64,000 bases of DNA from Haliotis rufescens (Eukaryota). Positions 25,198 through 39,618 of this stretch are shown in pieces. The DNA lies in contig NW_025964001.1 of the NCBI RefSeq assembly GCF_023055435.1, positions 60,822,001-60,886,000 of the forward strand. Direction: 5' to 3'. Numbering within the stretch: position 1 is the stretch's first letter; each line of letters begins with the position of its first letter. A program made the position numbers and the translations under genes. The notes beneath the pieces are model-generated. The model was not told the DNA's origin, did no database searches, and saw nothing but the letters and a program-made list of their open reading frames with translations.

Positions 25198-28100
25198 CCA
25201 CCTGCCTACTTCCTTGCATACCGCTGAGCTAATTACAGGGGATTCCCCAGTCTGAGAGGATCAAGTGACTACTGGCGGTGTTCAAGCTGGGTTCCTCCTA
25301 GTGTCCTCCCCACTGCTGCAGCCTAGCTACATCCTCCACCCCAGCCACAGCCTCCCCCTCCCCACCACTGCTGCAGCCTAGCTACAACCTCCACCCCTGC
25401 CACAGCCTAGCTACATCCTCCACCCCAGCCACAGCCTAGCTACATCCTCCACCCCAGCCACAGCCTAGCTACAACCTCCACCCCAGCCACAGCCTAGCTA
25501 CATCCTCCACCCCAGCCACAGCCTAGCTACAACCTCCACCCCAGCCACAGCCTAGCTACAACCTCCACCCCAGCCACAGCCTAGCTACAACCTCCACCCC
25601 AGCCACAGCCTAGCTACATCCTCCACCCCAGCCACAGCCTAGCTACATCCTCCACCCCAGCCACAGCCTCCCCCTCCCCACCACTGCTGCAGCCTAGCTA
25701 CATCCTCCACCCCAGCCACAGCCTCCCCCTCCCCACCACTGCTGCAGCCTAGCTACAACCTCCACCCCAGCCACAGCCTCCCCCTCCCCACCACTGCCAC
25801 AGCCTAGCTACATCCTCCACCCCAGCCACAGCCTAGCTACATCCTCCACCCCTGCCACAGCCTCCCCCTCCCCACCACTGCTGCAGCCTAGCTACATCCT
25901 CCACCCCAGCCACAGCCTCCCCCTCCCCACCACTGCTGCAGCCTAGCTACAACCTCCACCCCAGCCACAGCCTCCCCCTCCCCACCACTGCTGCAGCCTA
26001 GCTACAACCTCCACCCCAGCCACAGCCTCCCCCTCCCAACCACTGCCACAGCCTAGCAACATCCTCCACCCCTGCCACAGCCTAGCTACATCCTCCACCC
26101 CTGCCACAGCCTAGCTACATCCTCCACCCCAGCCACAGCCTAGCTACGTCCTCCACCCCAGCCACAGCCTAGCTACGTCCTCCACCCCAGCCACAGCCTA
26201 GCTACGTCCTCCACCCCAGCCACAGCCTAGCTACATCCTCCACCCCAGCCACAGCCTAGCTACGTCCTCCACCCCAGCCACAGCCTAGCTACATCCTCCA
26301 CCCCCAGCCACAGCCTAGCTACGTCCTCCACCCCAGCCACAGCCTAGCTACGTCCTCCACCCCAGCCACAGCCTAGCTACATCCTCCACCCCCAGCCACA
26401 GCCTAGCTACAACCTCCACCCCAGCCACAGCCTAGCTACGTCCTCCACCCCAGCCACAGCCTAGCTACAACCTCCACCCCAGCCACAGCCTAGCTACGTC
26501 CTCCACCCCAGCCACAGCCTAGCTACGTCCTCCACCCCCAGCCACAGCCTAGCTACGTCCTCCACCCCAGCCACAGCCTAGCTACGTCCTCCACCCCCAG
26601 CCACAGCCTAGCTACGTCCTCCACCCAGCCACAGCCTAGCTACGTCCTCCACCCCAGCCACAGCCTAGCTACGTCCTCCACCCCAGCCACAGCCTAGCTA
26701 CGTCCTCCACCCCAGCCACAGCCTAGCTACATCCTCCACCCCAGCCACAGCCTAGCTACGTCCTCCACCCCCAGCCACAGCCTAGCTACGTCCTCCACCC
26801 CAGCCACAGCCTAGCTACAACCTCCACCCCAGCCACAGCCTAGCTACGTCCTCCACCCCAGCCACAGCCTAGCTACGTCCTCCACCCCAGCCACAGCCTA
26901 GCTACATCCTCCACCCCAGCCACAGCCTAGCTACAACCTCCACCCCAGCCACAGCCTAGCTACAACCTCCACCCCAGCCACAGCCTAGCTACAACCTCCA
27001 CCCCAGCCACAGCCTAGCTACGTCCTCCACCCCAGCCACAGCCTAGCTACATCCTCCACCCCAGCCACAGCCTAGCTACATCCTCCACCCCAGCCACAGC
27101 CTAGCTACAACCTCCACCCCTGCCACAGCCTAGCTACGTCCTCCACCCCAGCTACCCTCCCCACCTGCCTACTTCCTTGCATACCGCTGAGCTAATTACA
27201 GGGGATTCCCCAGTCTGAGAGGATCAAGTGACTACTGGCGGTGTTCAAGCTGGGTTCCTCCTAGTGTCCTCCCCACTGCTGCAGCCTAGCTACATCCTCC
27301 ACCCCAGCCACAGCCTCCCCCTCCCCACCACTGCTGCAGCCTAGCTACAACCTCCACCCCTGCCACAGCCTAGCTACATCCTCCACCCCAGCCACAGCCT
27401 AGCTACAACCTCCACCCCAGCCACAGCCTAGCTACATCCTCCACCCCAGCCACAGCCTAGCTACAACCTCCACCCCAGCCACAGCCTAGCTACGTCCTCC
27501 ACCCCAGCCACAGCCTAGCTACGTCCTCCACCCCAGCCACAGCCTAGCTACGTCCTCCACCCCAGCCACAGCCTAGCTACATCCTCCACCCCAGCCACAG
27601 CCTAGCTACAACCTCCACCCCAGCCACAGCCTAGCTACATCCTCCACCCCAGCCACAGCCTAGCTACGTCCTCCACCCCAGCCACAGCCTAGCTACGTCC
27701 TCCACCCCCAGCCACAGCCTAGCTACATCCTCCACCCCAGCCACAGCCTAGCTACATCCTCCACCCCAGCCACAGCCTAGCTACATCCTCCACCCCAGCC
27801 ACAGCCTAGCTACGTCCTCCACCCCAGCCACAGCCTAGCTACATCCTCCACCCCAGCCACAGCCTAGCTACGTCCTCCACCCCAGCCACAGCCTAGCTAC
27901 ATCCTCCACCCCAGCCACAGCCTAGCTACAACCTCCACCCCAGCCACAGCCTAGCTACGTCCTCCACCCCAGCCACAGCCTAGCTACGTCCTCCACCCCA
28001 GCCACAGCCTAGCTACAACCTCCACCCCAGCCACAGCCTAGCTACATCCTCCACCCCAGCCACAGCCTAGCTACAACCTCCACCCCAGCCACAGCCTAGC

Positions 28101-29030
28101 TACAACCTCCACCCCAGCCACAGCCTAGCTACATCCTCCACCCCAGCCACAGCCTAGCTACGTCCTCCACCCAGCCACAGCCTAGCTACGTCCTCCACCC
28201 CAGCCACAGCCTAGCTACGTCCTCCACCCCAGCCACAGCCTAGCTACATCCTCCACCCCAGCCACAGCCTAGCTACAACCTCCACCCCAGCCACAGCCTA
28301 GCTACAACCTCCACCCCAGCCACAGCCTAGCTACAACCTCCACCCCAGCCACAGCCTAGCTACAACCTCCACCCCAGCCACAGCCTAGCTACAACCTCCA
28401 CCCCAGCCACAGCCTAGCTACAACCTCCACCCCAGCCACAGCCTAGCTACAACCTCCACCCCAGCCACAGCCTAGCTACATCCTCCACCCCAGCCACAGC
28501 CTAGCTACATCCTCCACCCCAGCCACAGCCTAGCTACGTCCTCCACCCCAGCTACCCTCCCCCTCCCCACCACTGCTGCAGCCTAGCTACAACCTCCACC
28601 CCAGCCACAGCCTAGCTACATCCTCCACCCCAGCCACAGCCTAGCTACGTCCTCCACCCCAGCCACAGCCTAGCTACAACCTCCACCCCAGCCACAGCCT
28701 AGCTACAACCTCCACCCCAGCTACCCTCCCCACCACTGCTGCAGCCTAGCCTCTATGCTACCTACAACCTCCACCCCCAGCTAGAACCTCAGCTCCCACA
28801 TACAACCTCCACCTACAATATACCTGAAGCCTAGCCTCCATGTTACAACCTCCATAGTCACTTACAACCTCCATCCCCACTTACAACCTCCATCCCCACC
28901 TACAACCTCCTCCACCCCATCTACAACCTCTTCCCAACCCCACCCCCCACACCCTGTCTACAACCTCCTCCACCCCTACCTACAACCTCACCGCACCACC
29001 AACAACCCCCACCTACAACCTCCACCCCCA
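25198..29030. repeat. 29-bp C-rich minisatellite with a duplicated unique flank and a degenerate right edge
   Basis: Unit cagccacagcctagctacatcctccaccc; the unique block starting at 25198 recurs at 27161. Confidence 0.97.
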
Positions 29031-29736
29031 CCAGTAACCTGCCCTTTCAATGGATGTCAGGAACTGGACAGGATACCACTCCCCTGCTGCAGGCTGGCTA
29101 GCCTATTCCCCAGGTAGCAGCTTATACTGTCTGCTGTACACCATGCTACCACATGACATGGTACGGCTGCAGATCGGTACATCTGGATCTCGTCAAAGTA
29201 ACCATCACTTGCACTCATTGTACCACAGATTTAATTTGCACAATCAATAAACAAAGATTATAGTAGGGGAGTATTTGACCCAGCAATTATTGGGCAGCAT
29301 TGATCAATAAGTTCCACCTCCCTCACCAGCAACTGAGACTCCCTCTCCAAATGACACGTCCAGTACAATTAACACATGCCGTTACTCCAGTGTACACTTT
29401 TAATAGTCTCTAATTACACCACCAGTTTGCACACAGCTTGCTTGCATGGAACTGCGTGACCTGGAAGTACCAATACTGTAAGTGTCAAAACACAGGGAAC
29501 AATAGTGCTGGTCCTATCCCAGTTATGATTTAAGGATATACAAAAGTGTCCAATTTCAGGCTCTCTGTTGTCTGCAAAATACACTTTCTTAGTCAGTTGC
29601 TGTCATGTTTGTGTACAGAATGGATTGCCACACATACATATTAATAACCCCTCTTGCTGCACTGGACATATTCACAACGTGGGTGAGCAGTGTCTTGCTT
29701 GTAATTATAAGATTATATTACTAGCTGACCCTTGGT

Positions 29737-32700
29737 CAGGGAGGGATGAAGACTGACACTGGGCCAGGGAGGATGAAGACTGACACTGGGCCAGGGAGGA
29801 TGAAGACTGATGCTGGGCCAGGGAGGGATGAAGACTGACACTGGGCCAGGGAGGATGAAGACTGACACTGGGCCAGGGAGGATGAAGACTGATGCTGGGC
29901 CAGGGAGGGATGAAGACTGACACTGGGCCAGGGAGGATGAAGACTGACACTGGGCCAGGGAGGATGAAGACTGACACTGGGCCAGGGAAGATGAAGACTG
30001 ACACTGGGCCAGGGAGGGATGAAGACTGACACTGGGCCAGGGAGGGATGAAGACTGATGCTGGGCCAGGGAGGGATGAAGACTGACACTGAGCCAGGGAG
30101 GATGAAGACTGACACTGGGCCAGGGAGGGATGAAGACTGACACTGGGCCAGGGAGGGATGAAGACTGACACTGGGCCAGGGAGGATGAAGACTGACACTG
30201 GGCCAGGGAGGATGAAGACTGACACTGGGCCAGGGAGGATGAAGACTGACACTGGGCCAGGGAGGATGAAGACTGATGCTGGGCCAGGGAGGATGAAGAC
30301 TGACACTGGGCCAGGGAGGGATGAAGACTGATGCTGGGCCAGGGAGGGATGAAGACTGATGCTGGGCCAGGGAGGATGAAGACTGACACTGAGCCAGGGA
30401 GGATGAAGACTGATGCTGGGCCAGGGAGGATGAAGACTGATGCTGAGCCAGGGAGGGATGAAGACTGATGCTGGGCCAGGGAGGATGAAGACTGACACTG
30501 AGCCAGGGAGGGATGAAGACTGATGCTGGGCCAGGGAGGATGAAGACTGACGCTGGGCCAGGGAGGATGAAGACTGACACTGGGCCAGGGAGGGATGAAG
30601 ACTGATGCTGGGCCAGGGAGGATGAAGACTGACGCTGGGCCAGGGAGGGATGAAGACTGACACTGGGCCAGGGAGGATGAAGACTGATGCTGGGCCAGGG
30701 AGGATGAAGACTGATGCTGGGCCAGGGAGGATGAAGACTGACGCTGGGCCAGGGAGGATGAAGACTGACACTGGGCCAGGGAGGGATGAAGACTGATGCT
30801 GGGCCAGGGAGGATGAAGACTGACGCTGGGCCAGGGAGGGATGAAGACTGACACTGGGCCAGGGAGGATGAAGACTGATGCTGGGCCAGGGAGGATGAAG
30901 ACTGACGCTGGGCCAGGGGGGGATGAAGACTGACACTGGGCCAGGGAGGATGAAGACTGATGCTGGGCCAGGGAGGATGAAGACTGACGCTGGGCCAGGG
31001 GGGGATGAAGACTGACACTGGGCCAGGGAGGGATGAAGACTGACACTGGGCCAGGGAGGATGAAGACTGACACTGGGCCAGGGAGGGATGAAGACTGACA
31101 CTGGGCCAGGGAGGATGAAGACTGACACTGGGCCAGGGAGGGATGAAGACTGACACTGGGCCAGGGAGGGATGAAGACTGACACTGAGCCAGGGAGGATG
31201 AAGACTGACACTGAGCCAGGGAGGATGAAGACTGACACTGGGCCAGGGAGGGATGAAGACTGACACTGGGCCAGGGAGGATGAAGACTGACACTGGGCCA
31301 GGGAGGATGAAGACTGAGGCTAAGCCAGGGAGGGATGAAGACTGATGCTGGGCCAGGGAGGATGAAGACTGACACTGGGCCAGGGAGGATGAAGACTGAC
31401 ACTGAGCCAGGTAGGGATGAAGACTGATGCTGGGCCAGGGAGGATGAAGACTGACACTGGGCCAGGGAGGATGAAGACTGATGCTGGGCCAGGGAGGATG
31501 AAGACTGACACTGGGCCAGGGAGGATGAAGACTGACGTTGGGCCAGGGAGGGATGAAGACTGATGCTGGGCCAGGGAGGATGAAGACTGACACTGGGCCA
31601 GGGAGGATGAAGACTGACACTGAGCCAGGGAGGGATGAAGACTGATGCTGGGCCAGGGAGGATGAAGACTGACACTGGGCCAGGGAGGATGAAGACTGAC
31701 ACTGGGCCAGGGAGGGATGAAGACTGACGCTGGGCCAGGGAGGATGAAGACTGACACTGAGCCAGGGAGGGATGAAGACTGACGCTGGGCCAGGGAGGAT
31801 GAAGACTGATGCTGGGCCAGGGGGGGATGAAGACTGACACTGGGCCAGGGAGGATGAAGACTGATGCTGGGCCAGGGGGGGATGAAGACTGATGCTGGGC
31901 CAGGGAGGATGAAGACTGACACTGGGCCAGGGAGGGATGAAGACTGACACTGGGCCAGGGAGGATGAAGACTGATGCTGGGCCAGGGAGGGATGAAGACT
32001 GACACTGAGCCAGGGAGGGATGAAGACTGATGCTGGGCCAGGGAGGGATGAAGACTGATGCTGGGCCAGGGAGGATGAAGACTGAGGCTGGGCCAGGGAG
32101 GGATGAAGACTGATGCTGGGCCAGGGAGGGATGAAGACTGACACTGGGCCAGGGATGGATGAAGACTGATGCTGGGCCAGGGAGGATGAAGACTGACACT
32201 GAGCCAGGGAGGGATGAAGACTGATGCTGGGCCAGGGAGGGATGAAGACTGACACTGGGCCAGGGAGGGATGAAGACTGACACTGGGCCAGGGAGGATGA
32301 AGACTGAGGCTAGGCCAGGGAGGATGAAGACTGACACTGGGCCAGGGAGGATGAAGACTGACGTTGGGCCAGGGAGGGATGAAGACTGACGCTGGGTCAG
32401 GGAGGATGAAGACTGACACTGGGCCAGGGAGGATGAAGACTGACACTGGGCCAGGGAGGATGAAGACTGACACTGGGCCAGGGAGGGATGAAGACTGACA
32501 CTGGGCCAGGGGGGATGAAGACTGATGCTGGGCCAGGGAGGATGAAGACTGACACTGGGCCAGGGAGGGATGAAGACTGATGCTGGGCCAGGGAGGATGA
32601 AGACTGACACTGAGCCAGGGAGGGATGAAGACTGATGCTGGGCCAGGGAGGGATGAAGACTGATGCTGGGCCAGGGAGGATGAAGACTGATGCTGGGCCA

Positions 32701-34020
32701 GGGAGGGATGAAGACTGATGCTGGGCCAGGGAGGGATGAAGACTGATGCTGGGCCAGGGAGGATGAAGACTGACACTGGGCCAGGGAGGATGAAGACTGA
32801 CACTGGGCCAGGGAGGGATGAAGACTGACACTGGGCCAGGGAGGATGAAGACTGACACTGGGCCAGGGAGGGATGAAGACTGACACTGGGCCAGGGAGGG
32901 ATGAAGACTGACACTGAGCCAGGGAGGGATGAAGACTGATGCTGGGCCAGGGAGGGATGAAGACTGATGCTGGGCCAGGGAGGATGAAGACTGATGCTGG
33001 GCCAGGGAGGGATGAAGACTGATGCTGGGCCAGGGAGGGATGAAGACTGATGCTGGGCCAGGGAGGATGAAGACTGACACTGGGCCAGGGAGGATGAAGA
33101 CTGACACTGGGCCAGGGAGGGATGAAGACTGACACTGGGCCAGGGAGGATGAAGACTGACACTGGGCCAGGGAGGATGAAGACTGACACTGGGCCAGGGA
33201 GGGATGAAGACTGACACTGGGCCAGGGAGGATGAAGACTGACACTGGGCCAGGGAGGGATGAAGACCGATGCTGGGCCAGGGAGGATGAAGACTGATGCT
33301 GGGCCAGGGAGGATGAAGACTGACACTGGGCCAGGGAGGGATGAAGACTGACACTGGGCCAGGGAGGATGAAGACTGACACTGGGCCAGGGAGGATGAAG
33401 ACTGAGGCTAGGCCAGGGAGGATGAAGACTGACACTGGGCCAGGGAGGGATGAAGACTGACACTGGGCCAGGGAGGATGAAGACTGACACTGGGCCAGGG
33501 AGGGATAAAGACTGACGCTAGGCCAGGGAGGATGAAGACTGACACTGGGCCAGGGAGGATGAAGACTGACACTGAGCCAGGGGGGGATGAAGACTGACAC
33601 TGGGCCAGGGGGGGGATGAAGACTGACGCTAGGCCAGGGAGGATGAAGACTGACGCTGGGCCAGGGAGGGATGAAGACTGATGCTGGGCCAGGGAGGGAT
33701 GAAGACTGATGCTGGGCCAGGGAGGGATGAAGACTGACACTGGGCCAGGGAGGATGAAGACTGACGCTGGGCCAGGGGGGGATGAAGACTGATGCTGGGC
33801 CAGGGAGGGATGAAGACTGACACTGGGCCAGGGAGGGTGAAGACTGATGCTGGGCCAGGGAGGGATGGAGACTGACGCTGGGCCAGGGAGGATGAAGACT
33901 GACGCTGGGCCAGGGAGGGATGAAGACTGATGCTATGCCAGGGAGGATGAAGACTGACGCTGGGTCAGGGAGGGTGAAGACTGACGCTGGGCCAGGGAGG
34001 GATGAAGACTGACACTGGGC
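29737..34020. repeat. 27/28-bp minisatellite, about 155 copies
   Basis: Unit gggag(g)gatgaagactgacactgggcca; source of the 1261-aa and 1469-aa low-complexity ORFs. Confidence 0.98.
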
Positions 34021-35375
34021 GAAGTAGGACTGATGAGTTGATGCAGAGTACATCCTGGTGTCAGTGACAGCCTCATCAAAGACATTTAGCCCTGGATGCT
34101 CCTGTAAGCACGATGTCCTCATGCAAGTTTCATTACAACACTCACATAATTCAAAATCAATAGTAAATGGAAGTAAGCTGCTTGTTCATTACACAGCAAG
34201 GATTTGCTTCGCATATCCTTAACACACATCGGAAAGGCTGCCGGGCTTGAATCTGCCACTAGTGGCAACATACATTCAGCTGTGAGATCAATCTACACCT
34301 CCTGTGATACAACAGCCACACTGACACTGCTAAACATCAATATTTGTGTTGGAAAGAGCAATACAAATATTCCTTGTATCTTTGTTTAGAAGTTCTTCAA
34401 GAGGCTTACCATGAACCAGATGGAAGCAGTGATGATTACAACTGTGATTAATTTTCTGCATATTCAGCATATAATTTTGACAGTACATGTAGTATTTATG
34501 TGTTTCTTTGTTGTTTAATGCCGCACTCAGCAATAGTCCAGCTATAGGATGGCGGTCTGTAAATAATCGAGTCTGGACCAGACAATACAGTGATTGACAT
34601 CATGAGCATCAATCCACGTAATTGGAATACAATGACATGCATCAACCAAGTCAGCGAGCCTGACCACCCGATCCCGCTTACGACAAGCATAGTGGCCTTT
34701 TACTGCAAGAACGGTTTGCTGAAGACCTATTCTACCCCGGATCTTCACGGGTCACCACAGTAGTAACCAACATTATGTTGGACAATTATAGACCAGTTGA
34801 CTGTTGGCTGACAATAATGGTCATGTTAATTCTGATGTCATATATTGAATTACAAGCAATCTAAATGTTATGAGCTGTATATTTTCATATAAAGAAGAAA
34901 TGACATGTCAATGAACTTGAAAATTGAATTTGTGACAATTGATTCACTGGGTCAATAACAACATCTGTTTCGTCCCAATCATTAATGTCAGGAACATACC
35001 CAATAAATGTTTTTTTCTTAAACTGTTTTAGAAAAAAAACAATCAATAATGATAGAAAATCATTTTTTTGTCTATGTACATAATTACAAAGTGTGTTATG
35101 CTATCCATTTTCCATTATTTTAAAATGCTAAATTAAAATTGGAATCCAAATTGAAAGGTTTTTTTTGATAACTTGATCTGGAACTACTTTCTCAAAAGCG
35201 GATACACCAACTTGCAACATTTGAACCAAAGCCTTAACAGTGGTACACAAATTTATACAATTAATAACTGTTATTCTTGGATAAATGCACAAAATATGAA
35301 ACACAATCTTTAATCAACTAAATTTTCATGAATGTCATTTGCGAACTGTCAAACGGTAATACACACAACTGACTT

Positions 35376-35540
35376 AAGTGAGCGAGTATGGTTTTACGCC
35401 GCTTTTAGCAATATTCCAGCAATATCACGGCGGGGGACACCAGAAATGGGCTTCACACATTGTACCCATGTCGGGAATCGAACCTGGGTCTTCGGCATGA
35501 TGAGCGAACGCTTCAACCACTAGGCTACCGGACCATCCCT
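35376..35540 (-). mobile_element. SINE family A (tRNA-derived, about 165 bp, (ACTC)n tail); other copies near 797-953, 18732-18858, 22820-22930, 56590-56756 and 58918-59046
   Basis: Minus strand shows A box TAGCCTAGTGG and B box GGTTCGATTCC; TSD caactgactt at 35366-35375 and 35541-35550. Confidence 0.92.
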
Positions 35541-35989
35541 CAACTGACTTTAAGGTAAGTTTCTACATCACATACAGTTTATGTTGAGGATAAAGACACT
35601 CTTTCAACTGGTCAGGTCACGTCCGTTTCAAAATACTTTAACAGCATACTGTTAACTACAGTTATAACGAACTCAAAGGGATGACTAACTTCAGTTTGTT
35701 ATAAACACAGTTCATTATTTATAAGCATTCAACTAAAATATACAGCAAATGTCCAGGACCTAAACAACAGTTACAAGCATGTTCGTCATAAATGTAGTTT
35801 ACTGTATTATTTCCCAAACATTTCAGTTCCATGCACCTCAGATGTCTTTACAAGTCAATTACTGAATATTTATGTTGTTTTTGTGAACAGAAGTAAAACC
35901 TGCATGCCAATATCTACAATATCTACACTTGAATATTGTTCAGATGAAGTTTTAAGCCTATAGTAGATGTATCTGTTCAATCTATAGCT

Positions 35990-36420
35990 GAGTCTAATGT
36001 TCTACCTAATGTTCTAATGTTCCATTGATCCAATGAGCTTAATGTTCTATCTGGAAGTAAGTCTAATGTGCTATCTGGAAGTGAGTCAAATGTTCTATCT
36101 GAAAGTGAGTCAAATGTTCTATCTACCGTTCTACCTAATGTTCCAATGAACTTAATGTTCTATCTTGAAGTAAGTCTAATGTACTATCTGGAAGTGAGTC
36201 AAATGTTCTATCTGAAAGTGAGTCAAATGTTCTATCTAACGTTCTACCTAATGATCCAATGAGCTTAATGTTCTATCAGGAAGTGAGTCAAATGTTCTAT
36301 CTAACGTTCTACCTAATGATCCAATGAGCTTAATGTTCTATCTGGAGTCTAATGTTCTATCTAATGTTCTAATGTTCCAATGATCCCATGAGTTTAATGT
36401 TCTATATGGAGGTCTCATGT
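35990..36420. repeat. Degenerate compound tandem repeat (about 23-bp core aatgttctatctggaagtgagtc)
   Basis: Recurrent aatgttctatct motif. Confidence 0.8.
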
Positions 36421-36845
36421 TCTCCAGAGATCTCACACATGCAGCATCATAATTCCTGAAACGTTGTGTATCTTGTACAAATCATGTACCCTCTGCACTA
36501 CAATGCCCGACACAACACAGTGTGATGTAGTTACAGTACTAGCTGCTGTACCAACACAAACACTAAATGGTTAAAACTATTAGACAAACATCATCAACTT
36601 GGGACAAGCTAGAATCAACGTGTCTGAGATCACAGAAAGAATTGATCAAAGTCATGTTGAAAGAAATGAACTTACTCAGCCATGAACAAACCAATATATG
36701 CCCCATAAACTGGAACATTACATAAGTGGTCTTGAATGGTTACGTTTGAATGAGTTCACATTTTTAACAATATCACACAGCATAGCTCAATCAACAGTAT
36801 CAGAATAATTTATAGCACACAATGCTGGTCAGGAAGGAGAGGATA

Positions 36846-37150
36846 AGGCATATTTTCTATATGAGTGATAATATCCCGGGGATTTTATAGGCTATTCCAG
36901 GCATATTTTCTATATGAGTGACAATATCCCGGGGATTTTATAAGATATTCCAGGCATATTTTCTATATGAGTGACAATATCCCAGGGATTTTATAGGATA
37001 TTCCAGGCATATTTTCTATATGAGTGACAATATCCCGGGGATTTCATAGGATATTCCAGGCATATTTTCTATATGAGTGATAATATCCCGGGGATTTTAT
37101 AGGATATTCCAGGCATATTTTCTATATGAGTGATAATATCCCGAGTATTT
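36846..37150. repeat. 53-bp tandem repeat, about 5.7 copies
   Basis: Unit aggcatattttctatatgagtgacaatatcccggggattttataggatattcc. Confidence 0.95.
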
Positions 37151-38385
37151 TTTATAATATCCTTGGCAATTTATTAATGCACCTTCGTTCAGATTGTAAC
37201 ATGTAGTGAAATGTAATATCAAAATGACAAATGTTTTCTTTATATTCCCGAGGATCGAACACGCAACCTTCGTATCTGAAGCCGATTGAGTGTACCACTA
37301 GGCTACAGAGGCGCTGATAGCTGATAAATTGCAATGCTTTTTAGAATGTCTTTTTCAAGAACCAGCAACAGATATTTTACACTTATTTCCTAAGGTTCAT
37401 GGAAAGTATGTTTGGAACAAAAAAATGTTGATAAATGTTGTTTTAAGTTTCTTTTTTTTCTGTTTATAAGTTTGATAAAACACTTCCCCCCAAGGTTTTT
37501 ATGAAATTTAAAACCCTTATCCCGCAGATGCTGGTTTTAAATATCATAAAAAAAACCGGACGTGCTTTACCCTACACATGATCAACATGGCGGTGGAGGT
37601 GGATAATGACAGGGGGGGAGGGGTGTGGTGGTCACGAGATAACAGGTGTGTACCGGGGTAGATAGCATGATAGGGCAGCACATCCCTGAGGACACACTGA
37701 CCAGTACTGACCAGTACTGACCAGTCCTGCCCAGTGATAGCCCACACGGCATTGTGTTACTTCACTTTCCCCAGGCTGGATAAACTACAACAGAGTCAGG
37801 CAGCAATCCGCCTCTCAGACAATCCAATCACCCACTAAAGCCTGGCCATTATTGGATGAAAGATAGCCCCAGAACCTCCCCCATCACAGAAAGATCAGTG
37901 CTTCTCCTGTCAATACTCTCATAACCCAGTGTAACATGGGCTGTTTTGTTGGGAAATTTGACAATTCCCCATACTGATACCGAATGCATGCAATCTAGCA
38001 TCAAAATTATTTGTATGCTGTTGGCGTGTGCGACTTGGTTGAACTGATAATGTATGAATGATGAGAATGAAAGTGTGATGTTATTGATGAAGTGTCAACC
38101 TCGGATTACTATATCATCATTATTCCTGGACCCGTATAGTCACTAAATGATCCATAGGCCTTCCCAACAAAATCAAAGGACCTATTGTCAGCCATTGTGG
38201 AGAAAAACAGTGCCATATTGAACATTCCCCAAGCTGCATAATGTTCCCATGACAATCATCAACTGCCTAGAAATCAATAGAACACATTGATATGTCAAAT
38301 ACTATGATATATGTGCTTGCAGGTTACAGATCAACCAAAACACTGACTGTTTCACGAAACAATGGTAGAGGCAATGCATACTTAC

Positions 38386-38660
38386 ATCATTAGACATGGT
38401 TCTGTCCGTAGCTGACAACGCTTGCTCGCTGCCGGACAGGGAGGCCGAGCGTTCTGTCAAAAAGGCTTTGTTTTCATATGTGTGTTGGTCATCTAGATCT
38501 GGTACTGAGGTGGACTTGACGGATGCTTGTTGTTCTGGGGACAGGTCCACTGCAGCACCATGTGGACTGTCATCCTCCTCTTCGTCACTCCCAGGGGGGC
38601 TCACATCACCTGCTGCTTGACCTTTCTCTGCCAGAGAAGCAGCTTCCTCTATTTGTTTGT
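38386..38660 (-). CDS. SYT14: SYT14-like linker exon (DKQIEEAASLAEK...YENKAFLTE...TMSND)
   Basis: Acceptor ttgccag, donor gtaagt, 275 nt, phase 1-0; joins both neighbours in frame; YENKAF resembles SYT14 FHNKGY. Confidence 0.82.
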
Positions 38661-39476
38661 CTGGCAATAACATGTCACAGGGATTACACCAAGAGCATAG
38701 TGCAGAACACTGAATTATAGATTACCACTGGAAGAGACAAGTGTTTATGGACAGCATGGGCTGTTGGTTAACAGCTGGCTGCCATGGTGCCAGCACTATC
38801 CCAGTTTTGGTTGATACAGCTATTATTGCCCGCTTTAAATCACAGAACTACGGCCTGACCATTCTGCTGTTGAGAGCTCCGGCTTATTTGTCCATGCTGT
38901 ACAGATTATCATCATGATATCCATACGATCAATTATTTGTTGAAACAAAATGGAGCTACACATCTGCCTAAAATATCAACAATTAATTGTAGTTGTTCAC
39001 CTTTAGTGTGTAAAGTGAATGGTTTTTAATAATACCTATTAGAACAATAATGTTTTCTAAGAAGTATACACTGTGAAATTTTATAAAGATTTTTTTTGAA
39101 AATCCATGTAAAGGTACCATTGGACTCTGAAGAACAACAGAATTCGTTTTATAATCCCTATTCTGACTTGGACCATATGTTCCTGTGTTGTATCAGGCGA
39201 ACAATTGACTTGCCTTTGCATGTGTTTGTGAACGGTGCAACCATTGGGGTAGGATACACTCACATATTAGTGAACAACTGGTATGATCACTATTTGATAG
39301 CGATTCATAAACACATGCTCACAATATAGTCGGAATTATACAATCATCTCTGCTTTTAGCTGAGATTTCTTCAGAATATGGAAGTGTTTTTTTATTTAAT
39401 AAACTGTATTTATTAGATTTTTCACTCAGATAACCATTCTTGTGTACTTGAACAGGCCAGAAGAAAAACACTTGAC

Positions 39477-39618
39477 ATGTGCAGACAATGCTTCATCAGA
39501 CATGGCATCACGGAGGAAGCAATGTGCAGGCAATGCTTCATCAGACATGACATCATGGAGGAAGCAATGTGCAGACAATGCTTTATCAGACATGACATCA
39601 CGGAGGAAGCAATTTGCA
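39477..39618. repeat. 45-bp tandem repeat, 3 copies
   Basis: Unit atgtgcagacaatgcttcatcagacatggcatcacggaggaagca. Confidence 0.9.

Noticed and set aside
29705-33823. 1261-, 500-, 311- and 309-aa ORFs in the 27/28-bp array as standalone genes
   Set aside because: They start at GTG codons inside repeat units and are alternative frames of the same repeat
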